DNA of 64,000 nucleotides from an uncultured bacterium (GCA_965233195.1 CBDDSB010000016.1:155146-219145), one strand, 5' to 3'; numbered from the stretch's first letter, positions 1 to 9,813 are shown. The notes: generated by a model not told the origin, from the letters alone. Numbers and translations: made by a program.

Positions 1-63
1 CAGCGTGAGCTGAAAGCGGTTCGGAATTCTCTTCAGGCAGTCGTCAACGGTGATGCGGGCCAT
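1..63 (-). CDS. rpoZ: RNA polymerase omega subunit, N-terminal fragment (runs off window edge)
   Basis: Reverse complement of 1-63 starts with ATG and translates [21 protein letters not shown], the conserved omega N-terminus. It follows gmk as in the canonical gmk-rpoZ arrangement. Too short to appear in the ORF track. Confidence 0.75.
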   Translation of the reverse strand, partial: MARITVDDCLKRIPNRFQLTL

Positions 64-667
64 GGGGTTTCGCTCGTTCCTTCCGGATGATCGCCGCCAG
101 CTCATGCCGGGCGGTATCGAAGTCTTTGTTAATTATAGCGTAATGGAACTCCCCGGCGTGCTCCATTTCGCCGCGGGCGTTATCCAGGCGGCGGCGGATC
201 ACCGCGTCCGCGTCCTGGCCGCGCGAGCGCATGCGCCGCTCGAGCTCCTCGATGGACGGCGGCAGGATGAAGATGCCGACGCACTCGGGGTAGATGCCGC
301 GCACCTGCCGCGCTCCCTGCCAGTCGATCTCGAGGATCAGGTCCTCGCCGCGGGCCAGCGCCTCGGTGATGACCTTCTTCGAGGTGCCGTAGCGATAGCC
401 ATGCACCTCGGCGCTCTCGAGGAACTCGTCGCGCTGCTGCATGCCGCGGAAGGCGGCGTCGTCCACGAAGTGGTAGTCGACGCCGTCCTTCTCGCCAGGG
501 CGCGGCGCGCGCGTGGTGTACGAGATCGAGAGCTTCAGGCTCGGATCGGCGCGCACCAGCGCGTCGATGAGCGAGGTTTTCCCCGCGCCGGAGGGCGCCG
601 TGATCACGAACAGCCGGCCTGCCTTGGCTTTTCTCCCCACGTTATTCGAGGTTCTGGACTTGCTCAC
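44..667 (-). CDS. gmk: guanylate kinase
   Basis: 207 aa. P-loop [12 protein letters not shown] and the YHFV...F motif layout typical of Gmk. Confidence 0.95.
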   Translation of the reverse strand: MSKSRTSNNVGRKAKAGRLFVITAPSGAGKTSLIDALVRADPSLKLSISYTTRAPRPGEKDGVDYHFVDDAAFRGMQQRDEFLESAEVHGYRYGTSKKVITEALARGEDLILEIDWQGARQVRGIYPECVGIFILPPSIEELERRMRSRGQDADAVIRRRLDNARGEMEHAGEFHYAIINKDFDTARHELAAIIRKERAKPHGPHHR

Positions 668-1490
668 GGATCTGTTCGATCAGCAGCTTCAACTCGAGGG
701 CGCAGTCGGCGATCGGGGCGCTCGCCGCTTTCGAAGCGAGCGTATTCGCTTCCCGGTTCAGTTCCTGTGCCAGAAAATCCAGGCGTTTCCCCACCGCGCC
801 GCCGCCGGCGCGCAAGACGCGTTCCACCTCGTCGAGGTGCGCGCGCAGGCGATCGAGCTCCTCGGCCACGTCCACCTTGGTGGAAAACACAGCGATCTCG
901 GTGCGGATCCGCTCGTCGTCGGCCGAGCCGATCGCTTCGCGCAGACGCTCGGTGATTTTCGCCTGGTACGCGGCGATCGCCTCCGGAACCAGCGGCACGA
1001 CCTTCTCGACCCGTTCGCGCATCGTGCGCACGCGTTCGACGATGCCGCTGGCGAGCTTTGCGCCTTCGCGGCTGCGCGCGGCCAACAGCTCGTCGAGCGC
1101 CCGGCGACAAAGCGCGGCGGCCGCGCTGCGCAGCGATTCGGCGTCGCTTTCCGTGGCGAGCACGCCGGGCCAGCGCAGCAGCTCGCTCAGGCTCGGTGGC
1201 GCGGCATCGGGAAAGGCCTGCTTCGCGGCTTCGGCAACTGCACGCAGGCGGCGCAACGCTTCTTCGTTCAGGCGCGGCGCAGCGCCGTCGCCCTCGGTGA
1301 GCGAGACGCGGCAGTCCACTTTGCCGCGCGCGATGCGCGCCGTGATCAGCTCGCGCAGCACCGGCTCGAGCACGCGCAGCTCGTCGGCGATGCGGAACTG
1401 CACGTCGAGGAAGCGCGCGTTGACCGAACGCAGCTCGAGGCTCAGCGTGCCGCGGGGGGAACCGGCCGACGCCTGGGCGTAGCCGGTCAT
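642..1490 (-). CDS. yicC: YicC family stress-induced protein
   Basis: ORF 642-1589. Start trimmed to the Met of HSMTGYAQA, matching the usual YicC N-terminus (SMTGFA). LSLELRSVNARFLD and the C-terminal [15 protein letters not shown] are YicC-like. Confidence 0.85.
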   Translation of the reverse strand: MTGYAQASAGSPRGTLSLELRSVNARFLDVQFRIADELRVLEPVLRELITARIARGKVDCRVSLTEGDGAAPRLNEEALRRLRAVAEAAKQAFPDAAPPSLSELLRWPGVLATESDAESLRSAAAALCRRALDELLAARSREGAKLASGIVERVRTMRERVEKVVPLVPEAIAAYQAKITERLREAIGSADDERIRTEIAVFSTKVDVAEELDRLRAHLDEVERVLRAGGGAVGKRLDFLAQELNREANTLASKAASAPIADCALELKLLIEQIREQVQNLE

Positions 1491-1551
1491 GCTGTGAACG
1501 GAAAGGGACAAGTGCGCGGGTATCATAGGATAGATGCCATCGATCGGGTAG

Positions 1552-2436
1552 ATGCCTACGCAAGCCAACCAGCCGCTTCCGGACGGCACCGCGCTTCAGA
1601 AATACCGCATTGTCCGCGTGCTCGCCGCCGGCGGCTTTTCGTTCGTCTACCTCGCGCACGATCCGAACGAGCAACCGGTGGCGATCAAGGAATATCTGCC
1701 CTCCGCGGTGGCGCTGCGGGTCAACGGCGCGGCGCACCCGCAGGTCGCGGAGGAGAACGTCGCGCTGTTCAGCGCCGGGATGAAATGCTTTTTCGAGGAA
1801 GCCGGCGCCCTCGCGCGCCTGTCGCATCCGAATGTGATGCGCGTGCTCGATTTCTTCCGCGCGAACGAGACCGCGTACCTCGTAATGCGCTACGAGCGCG
1901 GCCGCGCGCTGAGTGAGCACATCACCGGCCTGAGCGGGCCGGTGGAGGAGCTCTGGATCCGCAATACCTTCGCCCAGCTGCTCGACGGCCTGCGCGAGGT
2001 GCATACCAGCAAGCTGCTGCATCTGGATATCAAGCCGGGCAACGTCTACCTGCGCAACGACGGCACCCCGCTGCTCATCGACTTCGGCGCCGCGCGCCAG
2101 GTGCTCTCCGCCGAGGGCGTGAAGCTGCCGCCGCTTTACACGCCGGGATTCGCCGCCCCCGAGATGCACGACCAGCGCGAGCTGCTCGGGCCGTGGAGCG
2201 ATATCTATTCGGTCGGCGCGACCATGTATGCCTGCCTCGCGCGCGCCACGCCGCAGCCAGCGAACGCGCGCAAGAAAGCCGATGCGGTGGTCCCGGCGAG
2301 CCGCGCCTGGGCCGGCAAGTACGCCGCTGACCTGCTCGAGATCATCGACTGGTGCCTGCGTCTGGACCACCTGCAACGTCCGCAGAGCGTGTTCGCGCTG
2401 CAGAAAGCCCTGCTGGGTGAACATCGTCCAGGCTAG
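1552..2436 (+). CDS. Hanks-type serine/threonine protein kinase, kinase domain only, non-RD
   Basis: 294 aa. Gly-loop LAAGGFSFVY, VAIK lysine, catalytic loop HLDIKPGN (HLD rather than HRD), DFG, and TPGFAAPE. No TM or sensor domain. Confidence 0.85.
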   Translation: MPTQANQPLPDGTALQKYRIVRVLAAGGFSFVYLAHDPNEQPVAIKEYLPSAVALRVNGAAHPQVAEENVALFSAGMKCFFEEAGALARLSHPNVMRVLDFFRANETAYLVMRYERGRALSEHITGLSGPVEELWIRNTFAQLLDGLREVHTSKLLHLDIKPGNVYLRNDGTPLLIDFGAARQVLSAEGVKLPPLYTPGFAAPEMHDQRELLGPWSDIYSVGATMYACLARATPQPANARKKADAVVPASRAWAGKYAADLLEIIDWCLRLDHLQRPQSVFALQKALLGEHRPG

Positions 2437-3154
2437 CCGGGTCGGCGGACGCGAGCGCAACGAGGACCGCGTCGGCCACTGGTCGGCGCCGGATGCGACG
2501 TTGCTCGCGGTGGCCGACGGCCTCGGCGGCCACGCCCATGGCGACGTCGCGGCGCAGATCGCGGTCGACGTCCTCGGCGCCGCCTTTGAAGCGCAGGCGC
2601 GGCCGAAGCTCGCCGACCCGTCCCAGTTCCTGGTCCAGACTATCGATACCGCGCATGCCGCGATCCTGCGCGAGGCGCAGCTGCGCGATTACCCCGATTC
2701 GCCGCGCACCGTGATTGCCACCTGCGTGGTGCAGGATGGCCACGCTTATTGGACGCACGTCGGCGATTGCCGGTTCTACCTCGTGCGCCAGGGGCGCATC
2801 GTGCTGCGCTCGCGCGACCATACCGTGGTGCAGCGCCTGGTCGATGAGGGCCGCATCCGCGAGGAGGCGATGGCGACGCACCCGCACCGCAACCGCCTGC
2901 TGCAATGCCTCGGCGGCATCAAGCAGCCGCAGCCCGACTGGCAGGGCGGCGTGCGCCTTGCGCAGGATGACATTCTGCTGCTCTGCTCGGACGGCTTGTG
3001 GGGGCCGCTCACGCAACGCCAGCTGCTGCACCCGCTGCTTGGCAAGCCGCTGGGCGAGGCAATTCCCGAGCTGGTCGACCTTGCCGAGCGCTGCGCCGGA
3101 GCCGATTCCGACAACATTTCCGTGGTGGCCATGACATGGGATCAAGCCGACTGA
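2417..3154 (+). CDS. PP2C-family Ser/Thr protein phosphatase
   Basis: In-frame GTG at 2417 within ORF 2228-3154. Motifs [30 protein letters not shown] and [10 protein letters not shown]. The start overlaps the kinase stop by 20 nt. Confidence 0.8.
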   Translation: MNIVQASRVGGRERNEDRVGHWSAPDATLLAVADGLGGHAHGDVAAQIAVDVLGAAFEAQARPKLADPSQFLVQTIDTAHAAILREAQLRDYPDSPRTVIATCVVQDGHAYWTHVGDCRFYLVRQGRIVLRSRDHTVVQRLVDEGRIREEAMATHPHRNRLLQCLGGIKQPQPDWQGGVRLAQDDILLLCSDGLWGPLTQRQLLHPLLGKPLGEAIPELVDLAERCAGADSDNISVVAMTWDQAD

Positions 3155-3861
3155 ACGGCCGGGGAGCGGGCGAGCTGCGCCCGGTGCGCATCCAGCGCAG
3201 CTTCACCAAGCACGCCGAGGGCTCGGTGCTGGTGGAGTTCGGCGACACGCGGGTGCTGTGCACCGCGAGCGTCGAGGAGCGCGTGCCGCCGTTCCTCAAG
3301 GACAGCGGCCGCGGCTGGGTCACTGCCGAGTACGGCATGCTGCCGCGAGCGACCAACACGCGCACCGATCGCGAAGCGGCGCGCGGCAAGCAGTCGGGGC
3401 GCACGCAGGAGATCCAGCGCTTGATCGGACGCTCGCTGCGCGCGGTCACTGACCTGGCATCGCTTGGCCAGAGAACGATCCACATTGACTGCGACGTGCT
3501 GCAGGCCGATGGCGGCACGCGCACCGCGGCGATCACCGGCGCCTTCGTGGCGCTTCACGACGCGGTTTCCTGGCTGAATCAGAAGAAGCTCATCACCCGC
3601 AACCCGTTCAAGGATCACGTCGCGGCGATCTCCGTTGGGATGTCCGGCGGCACGCCGCTGCTCGACCTCGACTATCGCGAGGACTCGGCGTGCGGCTGCG
3701 ACATGAACGTGGTGATGACCGGCGCGGGGCAGTTCGTGGAAGTGCAGGGCACGGCGGAAGGCGAGGCTTTCTCGCGCAAGGAGCTGGACGCGCTCCTGGG
3801 ACTTGCACAGACGGGCATCTCGCAGCTCATTGAGCACCAGAAACGCGCCCTAGGGCTGTGA
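3136..3861 (+). CDS. rph: ribonuclease PH
   Basis: Internal Met of ORF 2998-3861 gives 241 aa. [32 protein letters not shown] and [16 protein letters not shown] are hallmark RNase PH motifs. Confidence 0.93.
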   Translation: MGSSRLNGRGAGELRPVRIQRSFTKHAEGSVLVEFGDTRVLCTASVEERVPPFLKDSGRGWVTAEYGMLPRATNTRTDREAARGKQSGRTQEIQRLIGRSLRAVTDLASLGQRTIHIDCDVLQADGGTRTAAITGAFVALHDAVSWLNQKKLITRNPFKDHVAAISVGMSGGTPLLDLDYREDSACGCDMNVVMTGAGQFVEVQGTAEGEAFSRKELDALLGLAQTGISQLIEHQKRALGL

Positions 3862-4457
3862 AGCTGGTTCTGGCGTCGGGTAACCCGGGCAAGCTGCGGG
3901 AAATCGTTGCCATGTTGGCGCCGCTTTCAATCGAGGTCGTGCCCCAATCCGCCCTCGGCATCGGCGAGGCCGACGAGCCGCACGCCACCTTCCTCGAGAA
4001 TGCCCTTGCCAAGGCCCGACACGCCAGCCGCGCTGCACGCCTGCCGGCGCTCGCCGACGATTCCGGCCTGTGCGTCGAGGCGCTCGGTGGCGCGCCGGGG
4101 GTGGATTCCGCCTACTACGCCGGGCGCGAGGGCAGCCGGGAGCAACGTGATGCCCGTAACAACGAAAAATTGCTGAGGGAGTTGGGCGAGCGCCGTGCCG
4201 CCCACTACTGCTGCGTGATCGTTTTCCTCCGCCACGAAAACGATCCACGACCCCTGGTCGCCGAAGGGATCTGGCGCGGCGAGATCGCCCGCGTGGCGCG
4301 CGGATCCAACGGCTTCGGGTACGACCCTCTCTTCATGCTTCCATCCTTGGGCAAGACCGCTGCGGAGCTGGATGCGGAAGAGAAAAACCGCATCAGCCAC
4401 CGGGGCATCGCGCTCGCCAAGCTGATAACGTTGTTGAATGAAAACCGCGGAGATTGA
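3858..4457 (+). CDS. rdgB: dITP/XTP pyrophosphatase (RdgB/HAM1 family)
   Basis: 199 aa. [23 protein letters not shown] and ISHRG motifs. Confidence 0.9.
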   Translation: MKLVLASGNPGKLREIVAMLAPLSIEVVPQSALGIGEADEPHATFLENALAKARHASRAARLPALADDSGLCVEALGGAPGVDSAYYAGREGSREQRDARNNEKLLRELGERRAAHYCCVIVFLRHENDPRPLVAEGIWRGEIARVARGSNGFGYDPLFMLPSLGKTAAELDAEEKNRISHRGIALAKLITLLNENRGD

Positions 4458-5676
4458 GCGGCCGGACCGCGTTCGCTTGAAGGCCTTGCCGCCGCTCGCG
4501 CTCTACGTGCACATCCCGTGGTGCGTGCGCAAGTGCCCGTATTGCGACTTCAATTCCCACGAGCGCGCGGGCGCGCTGCCGGAAAAGGCGTACGTCGAGA
4601 AGCTGCTGTTCGACCTCGAAAGCCAGCTGCCTTCGGTCTGGGGTCGGCGCCTTTCCAGTGTGTTCATCGGCGGTGGCACGCCCAGCCTGTTCTCGCCGGA
4701 AGCGATCGACGCACTGCTCTCCGGCGTGCGCGCGCGCCTCCCGCTCGAGCCCGCCGCGGAAATCACGCTCGAGGCGAATCCCGGGACGGTAGAGGCGGGC
4801 CGTTTCCGTGGCTTCCGCGACGCCGGCGTGAATCGCATCTCCATCGGCGTGCAAAGCTTCGACGATCGCATGCTGGGCGCGCTCGGCCGCATTCATTCCG
4901 CAGACGAGGCCCGGCGCGCCATCGCGGCGGCGCTCGCGGCATTCGACAACGTCAACATCGACTTGATGTACGGCCTGCCGGGGCAGGGGGTCGACATGGC
5001 GCGCGCCGACATTCGCGAGGCGGCGAGCGCCGGCACGCCGCACGTCTCGGCCTATCAGCTCACCATCGAGCCGAACACCGCGTTCTGGCGCACGCCGCCG
5101 GCACTCCCGGCGCACGACGAGAGCGCCGATATGCAACTAGCGGTGGAAGGTGTTCTGGCGGACCTCGGCTTCGAGCACTATGAAATCTCCGCCTTTGCCA
5201 AACCCGGGATGCGCTGCCGGCACAACCTCAACTACTGGCAATTCGGCGATTATCTTGGCATCGGCGCCGGCGCGCACGGGAAGATCAGCTTTCCGGACCG
5301 CATCACGCGCCACGAACGCGCCAAGCAGCCGGCGATGCACCTGCAAGAGACGGCGGTGGAAAACCGCGCCATCGTTCCAGCCGAGCTGCCCTTCGAGTTC
5401 ATGCTCAATGCGTTGCGCCTGGTCGAAGGGTTTCCAGTCGGACTCTTCACCGAGCGCACCGGGCTTGCGTTCACTACGACGCAGCCGGGGCTCGAACAGG
5501 GCGAGAAACAAGGCTTGCTGGTGCGCGACCTGAAAGTCGTCCGGCCGACCGAGCGCGGCCAGCGCTTCCTCAACGAGCTGCTGGCGCTTTTCCTGCCCGG
5601 CGAAACACGAGCTCGCGAATCGGGTGACCGAGGCGCTGCCCGCGCGATTCGAATTTCGTCACCGGCCGCGAAGTAA
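4438..5676 (+). CDS. hemW: radical SAM heme chaperone HemW (coproporphyrinogen III oxidase-like)
   Basis: 412 aa. LYVHIPWCVRKCPYCDFNS radical-SAM CxxxCxxC motif and HemN_C-like tail. The 3' end overlaps convergent trmB. Confidence 0.88.
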   Translation: MKTAEIERPDRVRLKALPPLALYVHIPWCVRKCPYCDFNSHERAGALPEKAYVEKLLFDLESQLPSVWGRRLSSVFIGGGTPSLFSPEAIDALLSGVRARLPLEPAAEITLEANPGTVEAGRFRGFRDAGVNRISIGVQSFDDRMLGALGRIHSADEARRAIAAALAAFDNVNIDLMYGLPGQGVDMARADIREAASAGTPHVSAYQLTIEPNTAFWRTPPALPAHDESADMQLAVEGVLADLGFEHYEISAFAKPGMRCRHNLNYWQFGDYLGIGAGAHGKISFPDRITRHERAKQPAMHLQETAVENRAIVPAELPFEFMLNALRLVEGFPVGLFTERTGLAFTTTQPGLEQGEKQGLLVRDLKVVRPTERGQRFLNELLALFLPGETRARESGDRGAARAIRISSPAAK

Positions 5677-6223
5677 AGCCGTTCGCCGCAGGCTCGAGCA
5701 GCGGCTCTTTCGAGAACACCTCGGTCATGTGCTCGGCGTAATCCGGCCAATCCGTCGCCGCGTGCAGGATCCCGCCGTCTTTCAGCTTCCGCGCCGCCAG
5801 CGTGGCGAACGCCGGCTGCACCAGGCGTCGCTTGTGGTGGCGCTTCTTCGGCCAAGGATCCGGAAAGAAGAGATGGATCGCTGCCAGCGTGCCGTCGGCG
5901 ATCATGTGCTCGAGCACGTCGAGGGCGTCGTGACGGATGACACGCAGGTTGGCGAGCTGCTCGCGCTCGATCGCGTTCAACAGGCTGCCAACACCCGGCC
6001 CGTGGACCTCGACGGCGACGAAGTCCACCTCCGGATGCGCCTTAGCGATTTCCACCGTGGTTTCGCCCATGCCGGAGCCGATCTCCAGCACCAGTTTGCG
6101 CGGGGAAGAAAGCTTCTGCTGCGAAAACGGAATGCCGTACTTCGGAAACAGCGCTTCCAGGGCCCTCTTCTGTGCTGGAGTCGTCCTGCCCTGTCGCAGA
6201 ACGTAACTGCGAATGGGCCGCAT
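5570..6223 (-). CDS. trmB: tRNA (guanine46-N7)-methyltransferase
   Basis: 217 aa. LEIGSGMGE SAM motif, FPDPWPKKRHHKRR, and TKFESRGQRLGH. Confidence 0.9.
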   Translation of the reverse strand: MRPIRSYVLRQGRTTPAQKRALEALFPKYGIPFSQQKLSSPRKLVLEIGSGMGETTVEIAKAHPEVDFVAVEVHGPGVGSLLNAIEREQLANLRVIRHDALDVLEHMIADGTLAAIHLFFPDPWPKKRHHKRRLVQPAFATLAARKLKDGGILHAATDWPDYAEHMTEVFSKEPLLEPAANGFTSRPVTKFESRGQRLGHPIRELVFRRAGKAPAAR

Positions 6224-6251
6224 TTACGAGCGCCGTGTGCGAGCCACGGCT

Positions 6252-7052
6252 TTAAGCGGCCTTTGGACTGATCTTTCCTTCGGTGGGCGAGCTCGGCGCC
6301 GCGGTGTAGAGCTTCTTCGGCATGCGGCCGGCGAGGAAGGCCTCGCGCCCGGCCTCGATGGCCTTGCGCATCGCGCGCGCCATCATGATCGGGTCCTGGG
6401 CGGCGGCGATCGCCGTGTTCATCAGCACGCCGTCGCAGCCGAGCTCCATGGCGATGGCGGCGTCGGACGCGGTGCCGACGCCGGCGTCGACCAGCACCGG
6501 CAGCTTCACCTTTTCCATCACCAGCTGCAGGTTCCACGGATTCAGGATGCCCATGCCCGAGCCGATGAGCGAGGCGAGCGGCATCACGGCGACGCAGCCG
6601 GCGGCTTCCAGCATTTGCGCCTGGATCGGGTCGTCGGAGCAATAGACCATGACCTTGAAGCCGTCCTTCACCAGCTCGGCCGCGGCCTTCAGCGTCTCGG
6701 GCATGTTCGGGTACAGCGTGTGCGGATCACCCAGCACCTCGAGCTTGACCAGGTCGTGCCCGTCGAGCAGCTCGCGGGCCAGGCGCAGCGTGCGCACGGC
6801 GTCCGCCGCGCTGTAGCACCCCGCGGTGTTCGGCAGATAGGTGTATTTCGAAGGCGGCAATGCATCGAGCAGGCTCGGCTCGTTGGCGTTCTGGCCGATG
6901 TTGGTGCGGCGGATCGCCACCGTCACGATTTCCGCGCCCGAGGCGTCCACCGCGGCGCGCGTTTGCGCGAAGTCGCGATACTTGCCGGTGCCGATGAGCA
7001 GACGGGAGCCGTAGCTTTTCCCTGCAATGTTGAGTGAATCTTTCAAGATCAA
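6252..7052 (-). CDS. thiG: thiazole synthase
   Basis: 266 aa. [15 protein letters not shown] and [11 protein letters not shown] motifs typical of ThiG. Confidence 0.95.
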   Translation of the reverse strand: MILKDSLNIAGKSYGSRLLIGTGKYRDFAQTRAAVDASGAEIVTVAIRRTNIGQNANEPSLLDALPPSKYTYLPNTAGCYSAADAVRTLRLARELLDGHDLVKLEVLGDPHTLYPNMPETLKAAAELVKDGFKVMVYCSDDPIQAQMLEAAGCVAVMPLASLIGSGMGILNPWNLQLVMEKVKLPVLVDAGVGTASDAAIAMELGCDGVLMNTAIAAAQDPIMMARAMRKAIEAGREAFLAGRMPKKLYTAAPSSPTEGKISPKAA

Positions 7053-7252
7053 CCTCCGCCCACGGCGACGACGATCTCGAGCTGATCGCCATCGGCGAGG
7101 ACCGTGCTGGCGTGCGCGCTTCGCGGCACGATTTCACCGTTGCGCTCAACCGCGACTTTTTTGCCAGTGAGCTCGAGCTTGGCCAGCAGGTTCTGAACGT
7201 CCGGAGCCTTCTCGAAACGATGCGCCGCACCGTTGACGGTGACCTGGATCAT
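7049..7252 (-). CDS. thiS: sulfur carrier protein ThiS
   Basis: Internal Met of ORF 7049-7348 gives 67 aa. MIQVTVNG...ends in VGGG (C-terminal GG). The stop overlaps the thiG start (4 nt). Confidence 0.85.
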   Translation of the reverse strand: MIQVTVNGAAHRFEKAPDVQNLLAKLELTGKKVAVERNGEIVPRSAHASTVLADGDQLEIVVAVGGG

Positions 7253-7470
7253 GGCCGCAGATGATAATTCGGATCGTCCACCACGCGCGACTCGCCCTCG
7301 ATCACCCGACCGCGGCGCGTGGTCACTACTCGGCCCCGCCCGCGCCACCAGATCCAGCCCCCGAGCAGCAGCGCCGCCGCGAGGCCGATGAACAGCAGGA
7401 CCGACGCGAAGAGGAACGCGACGATCAGGATCGTAAGGCCCAGGACGGTGGAAACAACGCGTTGGATCAT
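7249..7470 (-). CDS. small hydrophobic membrane protein, unknown function
   Basis: 73 aa with two predicted hydrophobic helices followed by a basic WWRGRGR segment. ATGA overlap with thiS suggests co-translation. No family recognised. Confidence 0.5.
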   Translation of the reverse strand: MIQRVVSTVLGLTILIVAFLFASVLLFIGLAAALLLGGWIWWRGRGRVVTTRRGRVIEGESRVVDDPNYHLRP

Positions 7471-7477
7471 CCCCGGA

Positions 7478-8083
7478 TTATGCCCCCGGCTGGTAGACGA
7501 TAGCCCGGACCGGCGTAGGGTTGTAGTCGTTGACCGGGTTGTTCATCTGCGGGCAGTTGGACACCACGGCGAGCACGTCCATCTCCGCGCGCAGGTCGAT
7601 GCAGTCGCCAGGCTTGGAGATGCTCGGCCCCATGTCCATCGCGCCGTCGGCGGCGACCGGCACGTACATGAAGAAGTTGAGGTTCGCGGCCATGTCGCGC
7701 GGACCCATGCCGTAGCGCGCGAGCTGGTCGAGAAAGTTCTGCCGGCAGTTGGGATCCTGCGGCCTGCCATAGCGCTTGCGGTTGAGCGCCGAGGAGCAGC
7801 AGCCGCCGATGGTGTCGTGCGAGCCGCAGGTATCGTCGATCACGGTGAACATCGGGTTGCAATTCACCGAATAGATCACCGTGCCCTTGCGGATGAAGAT
7901 GTTGCCGTTGATCTTCATCGTGTCCGCCGCGGCGTAGCGATCCTCGTGGTCGCGCGCGTTGTAGCAGAGGAAGTCCACGGCCTGCTTGCCTTCGAGGTCG
8001 ACCAGGCGCAGCACCTGACCGCGCTTAAGCTCGCGGCTCCACCCGGCCCGCGCCGCGATGATCTCGTCCGAAACGATGTTCAT
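7478..8083 (-). CDS. DUF1989 / urea carboxylase-associated family protein
   Basis: 201 aa. GQVLRLVDLEGKQAVDFLCYNA and a Cys-rich core (DDTCGSHDTIGGCCSS) resemble the DUF1989 family as I recall it. Confidence 0.7.
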   Translation of the reverse strand: MNIVSDEIIAARAGWSRELKRGQVLRLVDLEGKQAVDFLCYNARDHEDRYAAADTMKINGNIFIRKGTVIYSVNCNPMFTVIDDTCGSHDTIGGCCSSALNRKRYGRPQDPNCRQNFLDQLARYGMGPRDMAANLNFFMYVPVAADGAMDMGPSISKPGDCIDLRAEMDVLAVVSNCPQMNNPVNDYNPTPVRAIVYQPGA

Positions 8084-8110
8084 AGCGCAAGTTTATAATC
8101 GCCGGCGGGC

Positions 8111-8184
8111 GCGGGTGTAGTTCAATGGCAGAACGGCAGCTTCCCAAGCTGCATACGAGGGTTCGATTCCCTTCACCCGCTCCA
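8111..8184 (+). tRNA. tRNA-Gly (anticodon CCC)
   Basis: 74 nt cloverleaf folded by hand. Acceptor GCGGGTG/CACCCGC, anticodon stem GCAGC/GCTGC with loop TTCCCAA, T-arm GAGGG-TTCGATT-CCCTT, encoded CCA end. Confidence 0.9.
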
Positions 8185-8217
8185 ATCGCCGGACGCTGTC
8201 CCCTATGATCGCGGCCT

Positions 8218-9168
8218 ATGAATAAAAATCTGGTGAAGGACCTTTACCGCTACATCTGGAAGGTCAGCGCCCGGGACCAGGTGCTCCTGTCGCTGCTCGC
8301 GGTGTCCCTTTTTCTGATCGAGCTGGTGCCGCTCGAGTTGCAGCGGCGCATCGTCAATGGCGCGGTCGAGGGCCGGGGGTGGGGGTATGTCGGGACGTTG
8401 TGCCTGATCTACGCCGGCGTGGCGCTTGCGCACGGGGGCCTCAAGCTGCTGATGAACGTCTATCGCGGGTCGGTGAGTGAGGCCGCGAACAAGCGCCTGC
8501 GCCTGCAGATGAACCCGGCCGCCACGGCCGACTCGCCGGGCGCAGCCGCGCCTGGGGAGGAAGGCGTCAAGATCTCGATGATCGTTTCGGAGGTCGAGTC
8601 GGTCGGCGGCTTCGTCGGCTCGAGCTTCTCGGAGCCGCTGCTCAACGGCGGCATGCTGCTGAGCATATTCGGTTACATGCTCTTCACGCAGCCCTTGATG
8701 GCGCTGGTCGCGTTTCTCATTCTCTGCCCGCAGATGCTGTTCATTCCACTCCTGCAGGAGGCGATCAACCGTCGCACCAAGCGGCGCATCGAGACCATGC
8801 GGGCGCTCAGCGTCGATATCGTCAACGAGGCGGCCGATCGCGCGGGCGAGCGCACGCACGAGACTTTCCGGCAGCGCATCGCCAACGTCTACCGGTTGAA
8901 CATGCAGATCTTCGTGCGCAAGTACGGCATGAACTTCCTGATGAACCTGATGCATCAAGTGGGCATCATCGGCATCCTCGCGGTGGGCGGATGGCTGGTG
9001 CTGGAGGGCAAGACCGAGGTGGGTACGATCGTCGCCTTCATCTCGGGCCTGAGCCGCATGAACGACCCCTGGAACGACCTGGTGGATTTCTTCCGCAACT
9101 TGACGAACACCGGCCTGAAGTTCCGCATGATCACCGCCGAGATCGAGAAGCAGCCGGCTGGGCCGTAG
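8218..9168 (+). CDS. ABC-exporter-type six-transmembrane domain protein without an ATPase domain
   Basis: 316 aa. The N-terminus (YRYIWKVSARDQVLLSLLAVSLFLIELVPLELQRRIVN) and helix spacing resemble type I ABC exporter TMDs. The ORF ends without Walker motifs, and the next gene is convergent. Confidence 0.6.
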   Translation: MNKNLVKDLYRYIWKVSARDQVLLSLLAVSLFLIELVPLELQRRIVNGAVEGRGWGYVGTLCLIYAGVALAHGGLKLLMNVYRGSVSEAANKRLRLQMNPAATADSPGAAAPGEEGVKISMIVSEVESVGGFVGSSFSEPLLNGGMLLSIFGYMLFTQPLMALVAFLILCPQMLFIPLLQEAINRRTKRRIETMRALSVDIVNEAADRAGERTHETFRQRIANVYRLNMQIFVRKYGMNFLMNLMHQVGIIGILAVGGWLVLEGKTEVGTIVAFISGLSRMNDPWNDLVDFFRNLTNTGLKFRMITAEIEKQPAGP

Positions 9169-9180
9169 ACTTTTCTCCCC

Positions 9181-9813
9181 TTACGCAGGTTTCCGGAACA
9201 GCGCGCAGTAACTTCCCAAGGGTCCTCGCCCCGGCCAGTCGGTGCGCAGTTGGAGCATTTCAAAGCCGCTCGCCCTGACCTCGTCGATGACGATCTGCGG
9301 TGCGATGCCGAGGGTGCTGCGCTCGAGGAAGAAGAACGGCGCTGGAATATCGATCACCGCCAGCACGCCCCCGGGGCGCAGCGCGCGCAGGAGGCTGGCG
9401 TTGGTCGCGGCCGGTTCGGTTACATGGTGGTACACGCGGCGCAGCACGATCGCATCGCAGCAGTCAGCCGGCAATCCGGATTCGCTGGTTTTCGCCTCCA
9501 CGACCGTGACATTGCCAAGCCCGGCCTGGGCTACCTTTTCTCGAAGCGCTCCGATCCGGGCGGGGTCAATCTCGCTCGAGAATACATGGCCGGGAGAACC
9601 GACGGCTGCAGCCAAAGCAAGGGTGAGCTGCCCCCTGCCGGCGCCGACATCCGCGACCACCATCCCGGTTCTCAAACCGAGCGCCTCTCGCAGCCGAGGC
9701 ATTTCCGGACCGCTTGCGTTGAAACCACCCCCGGGCCAGGTGTTGCATCCGGCGATCAGCACCAAGGCGAGCAGCTTCAGGGGACGCAGCATATTTAGCG
9801 TCATCAAAGCCAC
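9181..9813 (-). CDS. class I SAM-dependent methyltransferase with N-terminal signal/anchor
   Basis: 210 aa. Hydrophobic leader LKLLALVLIAGC and SAM motif I VADVGAGRGQLTLALA. Confidence 0.75.
   Translation of the reverse strand: MALMTLNMLRPLKLLALVLIAGCNTWPGGGFNASGPEMPRLREALGLRTGMVVADVGAGRGQLTLALAAAVGSPGHVFSSEIDPARIGALREKVAQAGLGNVTVVEAKTSESGLPADCCDAIVLRRVYHHVTEPAATNASLLRALRPGGVLAVIDIPAPFFFLERSTLGIAPQIVIDEVRASGFEMLQLRTDWPGRGPLGSYCALFRKPA

Noticed and set aside
513-2460. Long ORFs 513-1916 (+, 467 aa) and 664-2460 (-, 598 aa) overlapping gmk, yicC and the kinase
   Set aside because: Their translations are Arg/Ala/Gly/Pro-rich and low-complexity, with no recognisable motifs. They lie antisense to, or out of frame with, genes that have clear family signatures. 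They are typical shadow ORFs of GC-rich DNA.
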